Origin: Octopus sinensis
Lineage: Eukaryota
Direction: 5' to 3'
DNA: 64,000 nucleotides
NCBI RefSeq assembly: GCF_006345805.1
Contig: NC_042998.1
Location: 71,052,001 to 71,116,000 of the forward strand
Notes under the pieces: generated by a model
The model's input: only the letters and a program-made list of their open reading frames with translations
The model's database searches: none
Told to the model about the DNA's origin: nothing
In this document: piece by piece, positions 43,020 to 55,920 of the stretch
How the letters are laid out: each line of letters begins with the position of its first letter
Position numbering within the stretch: the stretch's first letter is position 1
Program-made: the position numbers and the translations under genes

Positions 43020-44002
43020 GGTCACTCTCGCCCGGCAATGGGCCGAGAGGAAACTGTCCCTAAAAGGTCGGGCGGAGGTGGCGAACACGTACATCGCGTC
43101 CGTCATCTACTACCGCTTGACCGTCGTACCTTGTCCCGACCCTACCATCACCAAACTACAAGGCATTCTCTTTCGCTTCTTGTGGAAAGGATGCGTCCCG
43201 ATGGTCAGGCGATCCATTTGCTGTCAACACACGTTAAAAGGAGGGCTGGGCATGCCGTGGTTGATGATGCGCAGACACGCGCTGAGACTGCGACATCTCT
43301 GGCTCTATGTAGACGACGGTGAACAGGTGTGGTCGCCGTTTGTGAGGCACGCTTTCCCGCAGCTCGTCTCCATGACCGAACTGCAGTCGTGGATCAAAAA
43401 GAGGCCGAGGAAGGGCGAATGGCACCGCGAGTGTCGCGTTGCTCTCAAGCAACTCTGCCGTCCTGGGTCGACCTTGAGTGACTTCAACACAACCAAAGCA
43501 TTCTATAGGGGTTTAGTGGAGGGGAGGTACGACGACGAGCTCGGGGCGAACCTGGACGTCGACGAGAAGTACCTGCAAGAATGGCACGTATGAATGACGA
43601 AGCCACCTTGAGCATGATCCTATGAACCCAGAAATTGAAAACAGAGAGTTGCTTATTTGCAAAAAAAAAAAAAAAAGAGAAATATAACATGTGACTCCAT
43701 TGACCGAGGTTACCGTGGTCTTTTCCGTAGGCTTTTCTTTCCACGGGTAAACCTCACCTGTCCTCCCCTTTACACTTCATATTGACATTTCTGTGATAAC
43801 GATCCCTATTGATCAAATTTTTTTTTTCCTCTCCCTCTTTTTTTTAACCCCCCCTTTTTTGTCCTCTTTCTCTCCTTTTACGATCCCTTTTGATCGAAAC
43901 TCCCCCTTCTTTTTTTTTTTTTTTTTTAAACCTTCAAAAGAAAAGCTCTACCTTGTAATTTGTTCTATCTGTGTGCAGCCCTGTGTGGCTAATAAAGAAA
44001 CA

Positions 44003-44004
<2 letters not shown>
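43020..44004 (+). mobile_element. Tx1-like element, copy 3 (longer 5' end, ~508-bp internal deletion)
   Basis: Extra N-terminal sequence ARQWAERKLSLKGRAEVANTYIASVIYYRLTVVPC; several substitutions relative to copies 1 and 2; followed by (TCTA)n to ~44093. Confidence 0.9.
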
Positions 44005-44094
<90 letters not shown>

Positions 44095-44559
44095 CGTCTG
44101 TCTATCTTATTATTCAGTTTTATTTCATTATTCAGTTTTATTCCTTGCCAATAGAAAAAAAAGCCGCCCTCTAACCTAGATCAAAAGCTCCTTCTTCGAA
44201 ATTTCGAATTGAACAACAGGGTATTTTTGTATGTATATATTTATGCATGTGTGCAAATATCTATCTTTTGTTTTATGTATGTCTTCTCATTCATATAGTT
44301 GCATATCTAGACATGCTCAAATATACTTAAAAGATAAGTTTCTGGAAAGTATAACATATTTTTACAGTTCCACAGGGTTTCAGAAGGTTCATTTCTCAAG
44401 AATGGTATTTAGACAGGTATGTATGTATGTATGTATGTATGTATGTATGTATGTATGTATGTATGTATGTATGTATGTATGTATGTATGAATGTTTGTAT
44501 GCATGTATGTATGCATATATGTATATATGCATGTCTCTTCTATTTTTTTAATTATTATA

Positions 44560-45850
44560 AATCTTCTACTGAGTAGCGAGCCGATTTCCAAAAAAGATAC
44601 AAAGCTCCATCTTTGGGATATCATTAACAAAGACGAATTTACATTTTTAACTTGAGATAATTCTTGCATATTTTTATTGTCCCACTCATAGATTGAACTG
44701 TAATGTACGGGTCAGCCGGTTATTATTTTTTTCAGTTTATCCACATTCTCCTTTAAGCATTTACTAACAAAACCTAGTGCTCCAATTATTATTGGTATGA
44801 ATATGAATTCATAGCCTGGATAAAAAAATTAGATGTTTAGAAGCAGTTGTCCATAGATATCCTGATTTTCTTTGATTTTCAAAGAGATATTTATATAGGT
44901 AGGGCAGCTAACCTCTACAATGGTACATAACTTTGCCGCTCTGTCACAAACAACAATACCCAGCCTCTTATGCCCACATTTGACAGACGTTTTGATAGGA
45001 ATATACCACTAGTATTCTTTGAGTTGGTGTTTACGAATACTTTCCATAACAGAGAAATTCTAAGTTTAATTCAGGACAGTCTTTTTTGCCGATGGCATTG
45101 TAAATTGTTTTTCAACAACACCGTGCCGCTTGCTGATCACATTCATAATGTCTTCCACATGTGGTTACACCTTGGGATTACAAGAGCATTACTGTGTCTC
45201 TTTTTAATCAAGTACGGTGTGGAAATCTCTTGTTCCTGGATTGCAAACGTATAGACTTCAAAGTGTGATGTGATGTAGTGGTCTTGTGTCTAACAGAGGC
45301 GGCGCTTCGTGTCAGTTCTACTGTTTTCTTCAAGCTTCAGAGCTACATACCTATGGTCTTTTTTTTTTGTATGCTAAATGCTTTCCATCCGGGTCTTTTC
45401 TGTATAGGATATTATCAGGAAGAGAGTGTTTCTTGAGGAGTTCACTGCCAACGCATACAATGTTGCGCACTTCACTATTCAGCACTGCATTAATATACGT
45501 ATTTTTGCTGCTGTTGTTTAGCATTGCTGCCTGAGTGATACCATACGGCATTGGAAGGCCGTCTGCACTGATCTCAGGCCTCTACCACCTTCATTTCTTC
45601 TTAGAGAGAGCCTGTTAACATCACTGTTTCTGTGGAAGTTACCAGTTGTTGTCAGGATTTTGCGGGTTTTGATATCTTTGGTGTGGATTCCCTCTACAAA
45701 CCAATCAAGTATCCCAAATATTGGGATTACCACTGGTACTGCAAATGTATTGCGGGACATTGTTTTGTTATAAAAGGAGAGTTCCGACTGCCATATTTTC
45801 CTAAGTCTGGTGTAATATTCTCGGGTCAGTCTATCTTTATTCACAGTGCC
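44560..45850 (-). mobile_element. R4/Dong-type RLE LINE, 3' portion, decayed
   Basis: EYYTRLRKIWQSELSFYNK...NFHRNSDVNRLSLRRNEGGRGL (thumb), FAIQEQEIST, IPIKTSVKCGHKR...IVEVSCP, FIPIIIGALGFVSK (RLE). Same family as 600-1180. Confidence 0.87.
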
Positions 45851-45869
45851 TTCATATGATTGATATGAT

Positions 45870-46088
45870 ACATATGTATATATGCATGCATGCATTTATG
45901 TATGTATGTATGTATGTATGTATGTATGTATGTATGTATGTCTGTATGTATGTATGTATGTAGGTATGTATGCATGTATGTATGTATGCGTGCATGTATG
46001 TATGTATGTATGCATGTATGTATGCTTGCAGGTGTGCATCTATGTGCACATACACTCATACATGTAAGCATGTATGTGTGTGTTTGTG

Positions 46089-46133
<45 letters not shown>

Positions 46134-46150
46134 TGTGTGTGTGTGTATGT
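45870..46150. repeat. (TATG)n then (TG)n microsatellite
   Basis: Direct reading. Confidence 0.95.
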
Positions 46151-46404
46151 CTGTGTGTGCATACCGACAGAGCAATGGAAAGAATTAATATATATAACAT
46201 TCTGGCCATCTGTTTTTCTTCGGATAGGTAGCAGGGTTTAGAGCGCGGGTGTCTTGTGAGAAGAAACTGAAAACGAGAATGTCTCGTGTGTGATGTATAT
46301 TTATATCGTTGCTATTAAGCAACAGTGCCGTATGTCCAAACGTTGCTTTTTCAGAAAACGAAAAATATTTCCATTATTCCATAGCAAAACCGTTGTACTA
46401 TACG

Positions 46405-46572
46405 TTGACAAGGACTGAAATTTTTGGTGAGGGTCCAGTCGATTAAATCGGTGCCAGTACCCAACTGGTACGTAATTTATCGACCCTGAAAGGATGAATG
46501 GTAAAGTCGACAGACGAAACACCACCAAGCATTTTGCCCGGCGTGCTAACGTTTCTGCCAGCTCGCTGCCTT
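46405..46572 (-). mobile_element. Internally deleted SINE, family B
   Basis: AGCATTTTGCCCGGCGTGCTAACGTTTCTGCCAGCTCGCTGCCTT head. Confidence 0.8.
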
Positions 46573-46823
46573 AAAAATGAATACTGAAAAAGCAAAAAAA
46601 AAAAAAAAAAAAAAACAAACACGCATTTGGCCATATTTGGACATACGACATTTTGACAAAATACCCAACGTCATATGTGTGTGCGTGTGCGTGGTCTTTT
46701 ATTTTTTTACTGTTTTAGACGTTTCAGACATCTGCTTCTTGACATACTGGAGCACTGCCTTAAAGTGTTTTATTCGAACAAATCGCCATTGGTTGGACAA
46801 ACAATGACACACATAAATATATA

Positions 46824-46914
<91 letters not shown>

Positions 46915-47228
46915 TCACGAAAAAAAAAATTAAAACTGATCCCCAAAAACCAGTTACAAGCTAGATCTCTAATAAGCCTTTCTTCCTAATGCTTTAGGAG
47001 CTTCTACGCTGAAGTGAATACAGTATGTTCTTTCTCTATCTCCTTATCTTCTTGGAGGTTTTAGGTAAAATTATACTAATGTGTCCATCTGTTTTTAATT
47101 TAATTTAATTATATGTCGTTATGCAGGTAAGAATTGCTCTGCCTTTAAATTGATGTAACGAATGCATTGTTCAATTTAATGGAGTTGCTTGAGACGACCG
47201 TACTGCATTACCTCTGGATATACTTGTT

Positions 47229-47238
47229 GCTTATTTCG

Positions 47239-47326
<88 letters not shown>

Positions 47327-47515
47327 ATTTGAGTGTCTGCGTTTGTCACTCCACCATCACTTGACAACCGATGTTGGTATGCTTACGTAACGTAACTTAG
47401 CTAGTCGGCGAAAGGAACCGATAAAATAAGTATTCGGCTTACAAAGAAATAAGTCCTGGTGTTGATTTGTTCGATTTAAAGCGGTGCTCCAGCATGGCTG
47501 CAGTCTAATGGTTGA
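47229..47515 (+). mobile_element. SINE family A, internal microsatellite and 3' half
   Basis: (TA)n(TG)n then CACTTGACAACCGATGTTGG...GGCTTACAAAGAAATAAGTCCTGG...GCGGTGCTCCAGCATGGCTGCAG. Confidence 0.85.
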
Positions 47516-47588
47516 AGATATTCATATATTCTTGTGGGTAGTAAAGAAATAGATATTCATATATTCTTTTACTTTCATCTTACTAAAT

Positions 47589-47656
47589 CACGCAGTTGGA
47601 CTGAACCCGAGACCATGTGGCTGCGAACAGAACTTCTTACTACATAGTCACGCCTG
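47589..47656 (-). mobile_element. SINE family A head fragment
   Basis: Homologous to 36560-36625. Confidence 0.7.
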
Positions 47657-48149
47657 CATTACACACACAAACATACACACACACACACGCCTGCATTACA
47701 CGCACACACACACTCACACACACATACACACACACATATATATATATGATGTGCATACACAAGTGTGTCTGTGCGCGTGTGCTTGATGTGCTTGATATGT
47801 ATATTTAAGTTTTATTTAGCTTTCAATGTTTATTTTTTATGAAATTACTTCACAGTGACTGTCAGTCTATTTTGAATGATATACAGTCATAAATAACCAA
47901 TTACTATTCCCTGATGTTATGTCATTTTGCATTTCAAAATAGATCTATTTCTATATATCATGCATATATAGTCTTTACCATTTTCTACTGAATAGTTTGC
48001 AACCTAATTAAATCATAGGAACACTGGAGAAAGAATTTCACATAATTTGGTGCCAGAATTTAGAAGATTGTATTTCTTTTTGAAAATTATGAACGGCAAA
48101 TATGTTGCCATTATCGAAATATAGAAGTTGTGAGCAATATTCAGGCGCC

Positions 48150-48520
48150 CGGTATCTCATGTGTCATCGGCTGCTTAATGCTCTTAAATCGGCCAGTAAA
48201 AGAGGTGGGATTTTCACTTTAGCAATGCATAGACTATAAATGGTTAGAGAGCTCGATTTCTTGATGTTGATGCGTACAAATTATCTGATTTGTGACGATA
48301 GAATATCGGACCGAAGGTTATTTCGATAACTTCGAGAAATCCTCGGTCTGTCAGTGATGCCTGAAGTAGTGTATTGTAGGTTCGAAATGAACCCTACAGT
48401 TACGAAAGTGTCGCAAGGCAAGACATGCTGAGGTGTGCGCGAAGAGATGAAACCGTACTACATGTACCCGTGCAGTGTCTCAGGAAGACTAAATTTTAAG
48501 TCATGCCAAATAGGTACTAT
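48150..48520 (+). mobile_element. Old decayed Tx1-like fragment
   Basis: RDETVLHVPVQC at ~48443-48478 matches DETVLHALVQC of the young copies. Confidence 0.55.
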
Positions 48521-50069
48521 CGTAATGGCAGTGAAGCTGACTATCGGCTCTGACTCTCGGGAGAACTGACTCAAAAGCCAATTTTCACAAGGTAGGATAG
48601 GCTTTGTTTCTTGTTCCAGTGTCTACGGGGAACAAAGTCTGTGGTGGGCGTCGATGATATGATGAAAGTGTTTCCATTGTTTATCTGATCCATCCTTGGT
48701 GATGCAATGGTTATAGGATCTGGTTGTGACCTTGAGTTGGGATTAGTTGTACTCTTGTCGTCCCTGATCTCAATTCAATGTTCGTGAGCCTCTGTGTGTT
48801 TTCACTTCAACGCTTTCTGTTTGCTTTATCTATTTAGGCTACATTTTATGCATTAACTTGTTCTCATGCCCCATAAGTCTTGTAGTTTTAACAGATATGC
48901 GTCCAGCCTAATATTGTTAGCCTTCAATCTCAGTTCCAGCCAAACTAGTGAACGTCTTTCTAAAACTTTTGCAGAGTACAACCTGTCTGTGACTGCTTAC
49001 AGATGACGCATCTTCTTTCTAATCAGGACCATTCTCTCTCCGTGTCCAGAGTCTTGATGTCATTCTATTTCCAGTTGATGATATTTAAAGTGTACGTGAC
49101 AACGGGTATTCTTAGGATTGACTGGGCATAATGGTGAGAGCAGATCCTGGGGTTGAGTGCAATATCGGTCACCACATGAGAAGAGACGACTGTGTTCAGA
49201 ATGACTGGGATGTAGCACGAACACAGCTGTCTTCGATGGAAAGCGGCCATTTAGTTGTGTGAACCTGACAAGCAGTACGACTGTCATCTATGTACTGTAG
49301 GATTACTCTGAATGAATTCATGTCAGTCAGCCGAGTGGTTATTTCATTGATACAAATTAGGAACTCTATGTGTGTTAATGCAACATCGTGCTGTTCTTTT
49401 GAGCAATGCTCTGTTGAGAGCCTCAGCTATAATTTGTTGAGGCATAATAGTTATAGAGGGTCGAAGTGATTAATGACTTTGAGCAGAAACGTGAATCCTC
49501 TTGATTCAGTCCTAAATATAGCAAGAATGTGCTTTTGCTGGAAGAGATCATCAGCGATAGTAGAGTTCAAGAAATGGAGCAATCATAGGTTTTCTAGTCG
49601 CATGCTCATATCAAAAGCGAGTATAGTGTGACAATGTTTTACTGAAATGAGTAATGTTTGTGTTTAATTACTGTCGAAAGAGACAAAGCTAGCGTTTATT
49701 ATTTGAGGATAGTTTCAAGGACCCGACTCAGGTGATCGGAGGGAGAATATTTTGCAGTGTCTAGATTGCTACGAATGATGTATACTTGAGGGAAATTAGG
49801 ATTCAATTAAAAGTGTGGAGGACAAATCTGAATCCTAGGGCAAACTGGAATAAACAGGGTAAGGAAAAGAAAAGGTAATCTGTCAAGATGCTGCGAGAGC
49901 GCAGGCTGGGAGGAAGCTACTGTTCTCAGAGATGAGTGTTTTGTGTAACCCATACGCAGGAGGCATCAATAAAAGATTTGCATCTGAATAAAGACAAAAG
50001 CTTTACTAAGGGTGCCTACGTTGATTTCAAGAAATTTCTCCTACACGAGAACCCACTCGTGAGTGACTT

Positions 50070-50293
50070 AATGGTTCCAAATTTCTTAGCACAAGGCCAA
50101 CAAATTCGTGGGGCGGGGACAAGTCGACAACATAAACACCAGAGCTCAACTGATCCTTATTGTATCGACCCTGATAGGATGCAAAGTAAAGACGAACCCG
50201 CCTCGGCGGCATTTGAACTCAGAACGTAAAGTCGGAAGAAATGCCGCTAGGTATTTTCCCGATGCGGTAACGATTCTGCCAGCTAACCGCCTT
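50070..50293 (-). mobile_element. Decayed SINE, family B
   Basis: CGGCATTTGAACTCAGAACGTAAAG...ACGATTCTGCCAGCTAACCGCCTT. Confidence 0.8.
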
Positions 50294-50668
50294 ATTCGCG
50301 AACGACCTAAGATAGGTCACCGGTAGATTTGGCTTTACCTAAACCATACTGGTTGCGATTTCAAAGACAAGGTCCATACATCTATACATAGTGTTGGCTA
50401 CCATTTTATAGTGTAATACTACATCATACCTTAGGTAGGACAGTATAGTATTTCCTGTAATATATGTAATGAGACAATTTTCAATTAAAAAGTTTGATGT
50501 TTGCCAATTTGTATGAAATTATATAAAATGCAATATATGACTATATTTCTGCTTCCGAAGAAAATCAAACTTATTTAATATAGAAATTTATTGTTTGCTT
50601 TTTAATGATTAGATATGCGCGCGCACACACCCAACGTACATATATGTATTTATATATGTATGCCTGTG

Positions 50669-50752
<84 letters not shown>

Positions 50753-50759
50753 CATACAT

Positions 50760-50791
<32 letters not shown>

Positions 50792-51347
50792 GCACATACA
50801 CACACATAAATCTGTGTCTCTCTTTATACGCACAAGTGTATGTGTATGTGTCTATAATATGCATGCGATTATGCATATATTTATAAGAATAATTATGTAA
50901 AATCTCCTGTGAGAATGAGTTGGTGTATTATAACATAACTTGTATTTATGTGTGTATGCGCGTGTGTATGTGCATACACTTTAAATTATTTCATATATTT
51001 GAGCTTTTTAATAACCTATGAACTTGAAATATGACTCATGATGGGAAATGTAAACTTATTAATATAATATGTCAAAATATATGACAAGAATTAATATGAG
51101 TTTTACTCTAGGAGGAATTCCGTGATTATATCATACGCTCGATATTGAGTTATTTACAGTATGAAGTTGTAGTTGAGTACAGATTATTATCGAAATTTAT
51201 TCATGAAGCTGTAAACATAATATAATGTATATTCTTATAAGTTTCTATCAATAGATTCAATACGTTAGATATACATCGGATAACAGAACGACTACTTTTT
51301 ATATCCTCGATATAAAATGCTTACGATAACCTTTAAATAGGCAAAAT

Positions 51348-51649
51348 GTGGAGGTACATGGCCTAGTGGTTAGAGCAGCGGGCTTGCGGTCGAGGGATCG
51401 CGGGTTCGAATCTCAGACCGGGCGATGTGTGTGTTTATGAGCGAAACACCTAAGCTCCACGCGGCTCCGGCAGAAGGTAATGGCGACCTTCTGCTGACTC
51501 TTTCGCCATAACTTTCTCTCACTCTTTCCTCCTGCATCTTGCAGCTCACCTGCGACGGACCGGCGTCCCGTCCAGGTGGGGAACCTATACGCCAAGAAAC
51601 CGGGAAACCGGCCCTTATGAGCCAGGCATGGCTCGAGAAGGAACAAACA
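51348..51649 (+). mobile_element. Full-length tRNA-derived SINE, family C2, with 13-bp TSD (1 mismatch)
   Basis: A box TGGCCTAGTGG, B box GGTTCGAATC; flanks AAATAGGCAAAAT (51335-51347) and AAATAGACAAAAT (51650-51662). Confidence 0.92.
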
Positions 51650-51784
51650 AAATAGACAAAATACATACACATGTATACGTGCGGGTCTATAGACATTCAT
51701 TTGTCTAGTGTAATAAATGCGAATTTCTGTAGGTAGGTCAGCATTCCGTTTCAAATACCTTATTGGAATTGAGAACTGTTATTT

Positions 51785-51960
51785 TGTCTGACATCGAATC
51801 TGCGCCCATTAAACCTTTTGTTTAATTGTTCTGTTGTACAACCAACGTAAATTGTGTTTCGTGCATTCTGCAGCGTACACCAAATGGGAATCTTTACATG
51901 TTCCACCTCTTGCATAAATGTTATGATTTCTGATGCAATTCACATCACTCATTTTATTAA
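51785..51960 (-). mobile_element. Penelope-like GIY-YIG fragment, second family, frameshifted
   Basis: GGTCKDSHLVYAAECTKHN, then after a frameshift YVGCTTEQLNKRFNG. Confidence 0.75.
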
Positions 51961-53329
51961 TTCCTCCAGGTTTCATGATATATAGGATTAATAATATATA
52001 GGATTGAGGTAACTCCTCTAGTACGTATACAGAAGCAAGAAAAAAAAAGAAGAGGGCCATTGTTATCAAGTGAACGATATATTGTTTTGCTTCTCTATAC
52101 CTACTGGAGGATTTGTACATGTTGAAAAGACCACCACCACAACTGCTACTACTCACAACAATAACAATAAGGAGAGCGGAATTTTTAAAGTATTTTACAT
52201 ACGACTTAATTCAAGAACATCGAAACTGAAAACCTTTAAATGAGAAATCACTGAAATTTTATCAGATTGTAGATATGTGTATTTATACATTTATTTCACA
52301 TTTTAGTGTAAATTCGAGATATCTTAGACGTTTGCTATGTATTTAATTCATAAAAAAATATCTTTTCCATTTTACATTGATTCAGCTTCAATGTCAGTCT
52401 CCATTCAATGTAGGAGTAATTTACGCATTTAATACGAAAGAATGTTTCTCTATACGTACACACACACGATTATCATACCTTAAGTTAGACACATATTCTT
52501 ACATACACACGCATTCTCTCTTTCTCTTAATCTCTCTTCCTCTCTCTCTATCTTTGTCTGTGATACACCCTTATATATGATTTCTATTTCTTTGCGTTAT
52601 AAAGCAAAATAAATTCATCGAAAATATAAAAAAAATTAGGTATGTTTCTTTTATTTATACTATTTCAACAATTTGTTTACAATAGCATTTCTGCCTAGCT
52701 TTTAGATAGTAACCTCCTGATTTAAGAAAGCTTCCTATTTATTTCCAAGCCTGAATTTTATCCAAGAAACAGATATTACGGATACTGCAAATAAATTTCC
52801 TACAGAAAATAAGAAAAGTAATCATGAAACTTTCCAAATAAGGAATGAGCACGTAAAGAAATATAGCATGTTTAAATAATATGTATACAACATCACAAAA
52901 CTTATGTTAGAATATAGTACAAAAATACTAATGCCTACTGCAAGACTAAATACAGCTATTGTTTACAGCTATGTAGTGTAGAAGACATGGATGAAAGTGC
53001 ATTCAGTATGAAGAATGCTCAAAATGTAATGTGGTGTAATAATAAATATATTATAAGTCAGATGTAATATCCAAATTTTACATAAAAAGAAAATTCGCTT
53101 ATAGGAACTTTAGTAAGTGACATAAAATGTACGATTTCGGAGTTCACTGTCGTTGATTTAATCGCAAACGAGCTCTCCTAAAATTCGAAACATGACGATG
53201 CTTAAATCATTTCCCTTTGACTTCGAAAGGATCGACCCAGTCCTCGCGTGTACAAAGCAATATGCACTAAATATGATTGACTAGTTTCACTAATGGAATT
53301 TAAATGTAAATAGAAAAACTTGTCTGAGA

Positions 53330-53385
53330 AATGGCGGTGCCCCAGCATGGCCACAGCTCGTGAGCTGAAACTAGATTAAAAAAAG
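53330..53385 (+). mobile_element. Short SINE 3' tail fragment
   Basis: GGCGGTGCCCCAGCATGGCCACAGCTCGTGAGCTGAAACTAG. Confidence 0.72.
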
Positions 53386-55199
53386 TATATATATTTCATT
53401 TCATTAATATTTGACACTCTGAAAATTAACTGTAGCCTGCATCCCTTAAATTTTCTTAGTGCAAAGAATCCCAATAGGTTTTAAGACCGTCGTATTTTGT
53501 CATAACAAATAATGTTAGTGCAGGTTTCAGTATAACCTAATAATTGTGTTCCTTCCTAAAATAACTGTGACTTGAATTGTCGTCCCCAGTTGCAATGGTG
53601 TGTCGTACCTAGAAATCCAATAAAGTTTGAAAACTGATTGCGCTATGATCGTGTGCTATAGAAAATGCTTATCTAGGCAAGTATGTCAATGAGAATATGA
53701 AAAGAGATCGATATAGTATCAATTGACAAATCTTGCATCTGGTAACAAAAAGCTAGCAAGAGATCTTTTGACATGGCAATATGGATTGGCTATTTGATAT
53801 GCGATGCTGTTTCTGGCTCACGGATACAGGTATTTCTAAATACTGGTTCAAATAGATTATAATTATATTCATTTGAGTGTTGGTCTAGCAAACGGGTAAG
53901 ACGAAAATATTTCACTGACAGTCTTTATGAGGTACATTATGCGCTTATGTTCTGTCGAAGTATCACATCACATGTATATATCTGAATATGGAAAAGATAT
54001 TGCTTGTAAAAAACTGATGACGAAATTTGGGGGCCAAGAAAACACTTTGTCATCAATTAGGCCAAAGGACTTTCGTTCTAAATTGATCGTGGCAGGATAT
54101 TGACATCGAAGGAGAAAAGCACATTCACAACTTAATTTTTCTGTTCTTAAAAATGTTTCATGACAACGGCAGTTATGTGACTAATGTGTCTAGCTGAATG
54201 ACGGTCTAGTTCAGGCTTTAAAACGATAATGCTTTATCGTCTGCATAAATTTAAAAAGATTCGGTTTGCGGAAACAGTAGTTAGAGCTCAAGTAACTTAC
54301 CAAATATTCTCTATCGAAAGTACTGCATTTGTATTCGAGTGGCTATATACATTTAGAACCAGAGTGTTGCAGCCGATTTCCTTTATTTTTGAAGAATGCC
54401 TTCTTTCTCACATTCGATATATTATTTATAAAATAATACAATAACATATCAATATTTGAATGGATATTATGTATTATGGATATTATGTCTTCAGTAAATT
54501 TTTGGAGATCTTCATTCGACTCCATAGATATTGGAAAACTATACTACTTCTTATTACGCCAAATATCTGTAAGCAATCGTGTGATTTTATGCAAAGAAGA
54601 ATGAATCAGTAATAAAAAAGACATAGAAAGTTAACATTTCTCTTAATCTACTGAGAGAAGTGCGCATTGAAAACACTTGAATAGGTTTGATGTTTATGGC
54701 AGTTGGGTGAAATCCATCTTTGTCCACTGTATGTGCTAATAATATTACTAAATAACAGTTGTTACCTCTCTTCTCTGCCATTGTTCCGTTACAATTGGTA
54801 CAATTAAAGGGATATTGTATGAATGTACTTATTCATTCAAACAGAATGTACGCCAAACAGCAAAAAAATAAACCAACGACAACGTAGACGACAAGGTATA
54901 ATAGTATTTATTTATTGTGTAATGAACTGCTTTATTCACACTTTCCTATCACTAATTTCTTTTAGTTCTATTTGTACATATAAATAAGGGGTTCGTGCCA
55001 AATCTGACGATTTTTATACTTCCTTATTTTTAGGAACAGCGTAAAGTTTCAGTGACGAGACAATGGCGTTGGAAGCGATAAAGATTAATGCTGTAGTTGA
55101 AAAGAAGTTAGCTGACATGGAGGACTGGACGCCATCTGAATTTCAGTAAAGATTTACTTGTACAGTGATAATACGTGCCGTGTAACACAATTCCGTCAT

Positions 55200-55920
55200 T
55201 ATGACAGGCACTCAGTGCTCTGTAAATGCTGTAAGACTGCTGGAACAGGGTCGTGACCAGCATTCAGGGATACGGGATAATGTACACCGGAATTAATCCA
55301 ACAAGTAAGTGTAGAACAAGGTGATGGACGGTCCAAGCAAAGGAATCCGGGCTTTAGCAAGAGAGTTTGATGTTAGAATCACCATCATGAAGCTGTCCCT
55401 GAATGAGGACCTTTGCTACCACTCGCAGAAAAAGCAAATGATAAATGTTGACAGTAAAAGCAAAAGAAAACTGCTTGACGAAGGCAATAAGACATCCTGT
55501 TGGACCAGGAATCGTGTGCCTCTTGTGAGATGGATAAAGCTTCTCCCACACGCAGAACAGCAGGCAGCTTACCTACAATTAATGTGCTGTCCCATGTATG
55601 ATGAAAGCCAAGTTTCTCCAAACTGTGATAATATTTGCGTCTCTCCAGAGAGGTTGACATCATGCTTCCCCAGATATTTGAACAAGAAATGAGGCTCAAT
55701 TCAGATGGCTATATGAAGGTGCTGGAGACAGTGGTCAAACTCTGGTTGGGGACTGATCCTGCTGGAAAACCACATGTCTGACAACAATATACGACTCTTT
55801 GGCATTCCTCCGGGATGAGTCAAAGTGGTTGTCAGAGAACGTCTACAATTTCACCAACCCCAATTTCAGGCCTTTTAATTCCATATATTTTAATCCAATG
55901 GATTACTATGTGTAGGGTGC
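55200..55920 (+). mobile_element. Decayed DD37D-type transposon, family 2 (second copy)
   Basis: Homologous to 16470-17400 (TTCTCCAAACTGT, AAGTGGTTGTCAGAGAAC...TTCACCAAC, GATTACTATGTGT). Confidence 0.7.

Noticed and set aside
43560-43600. Splicing as the cause of the copy 3 deletion
   Set aside because: The removed segment ends in AG but begins with AC, not GT or GC.
48700-49700. Possible decayed LINE endonuclease region
   Set aside because: Composition suggests old coding sequence, but I could not recover a diagnostic motif by eye; needs tBLASTx.
51348-51425. tRNA gene (also 24915-24993)
   Set aside because: The A and B boxes are SINE heads continuing into a SINE body with TSDs; no proper cloverleaf was evident.
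53215-53285. tRNA-like sequence on the minus strand
   Set aside because: Only a degenerate B-box-like motif; cannot distinguish a SINE head from chance.
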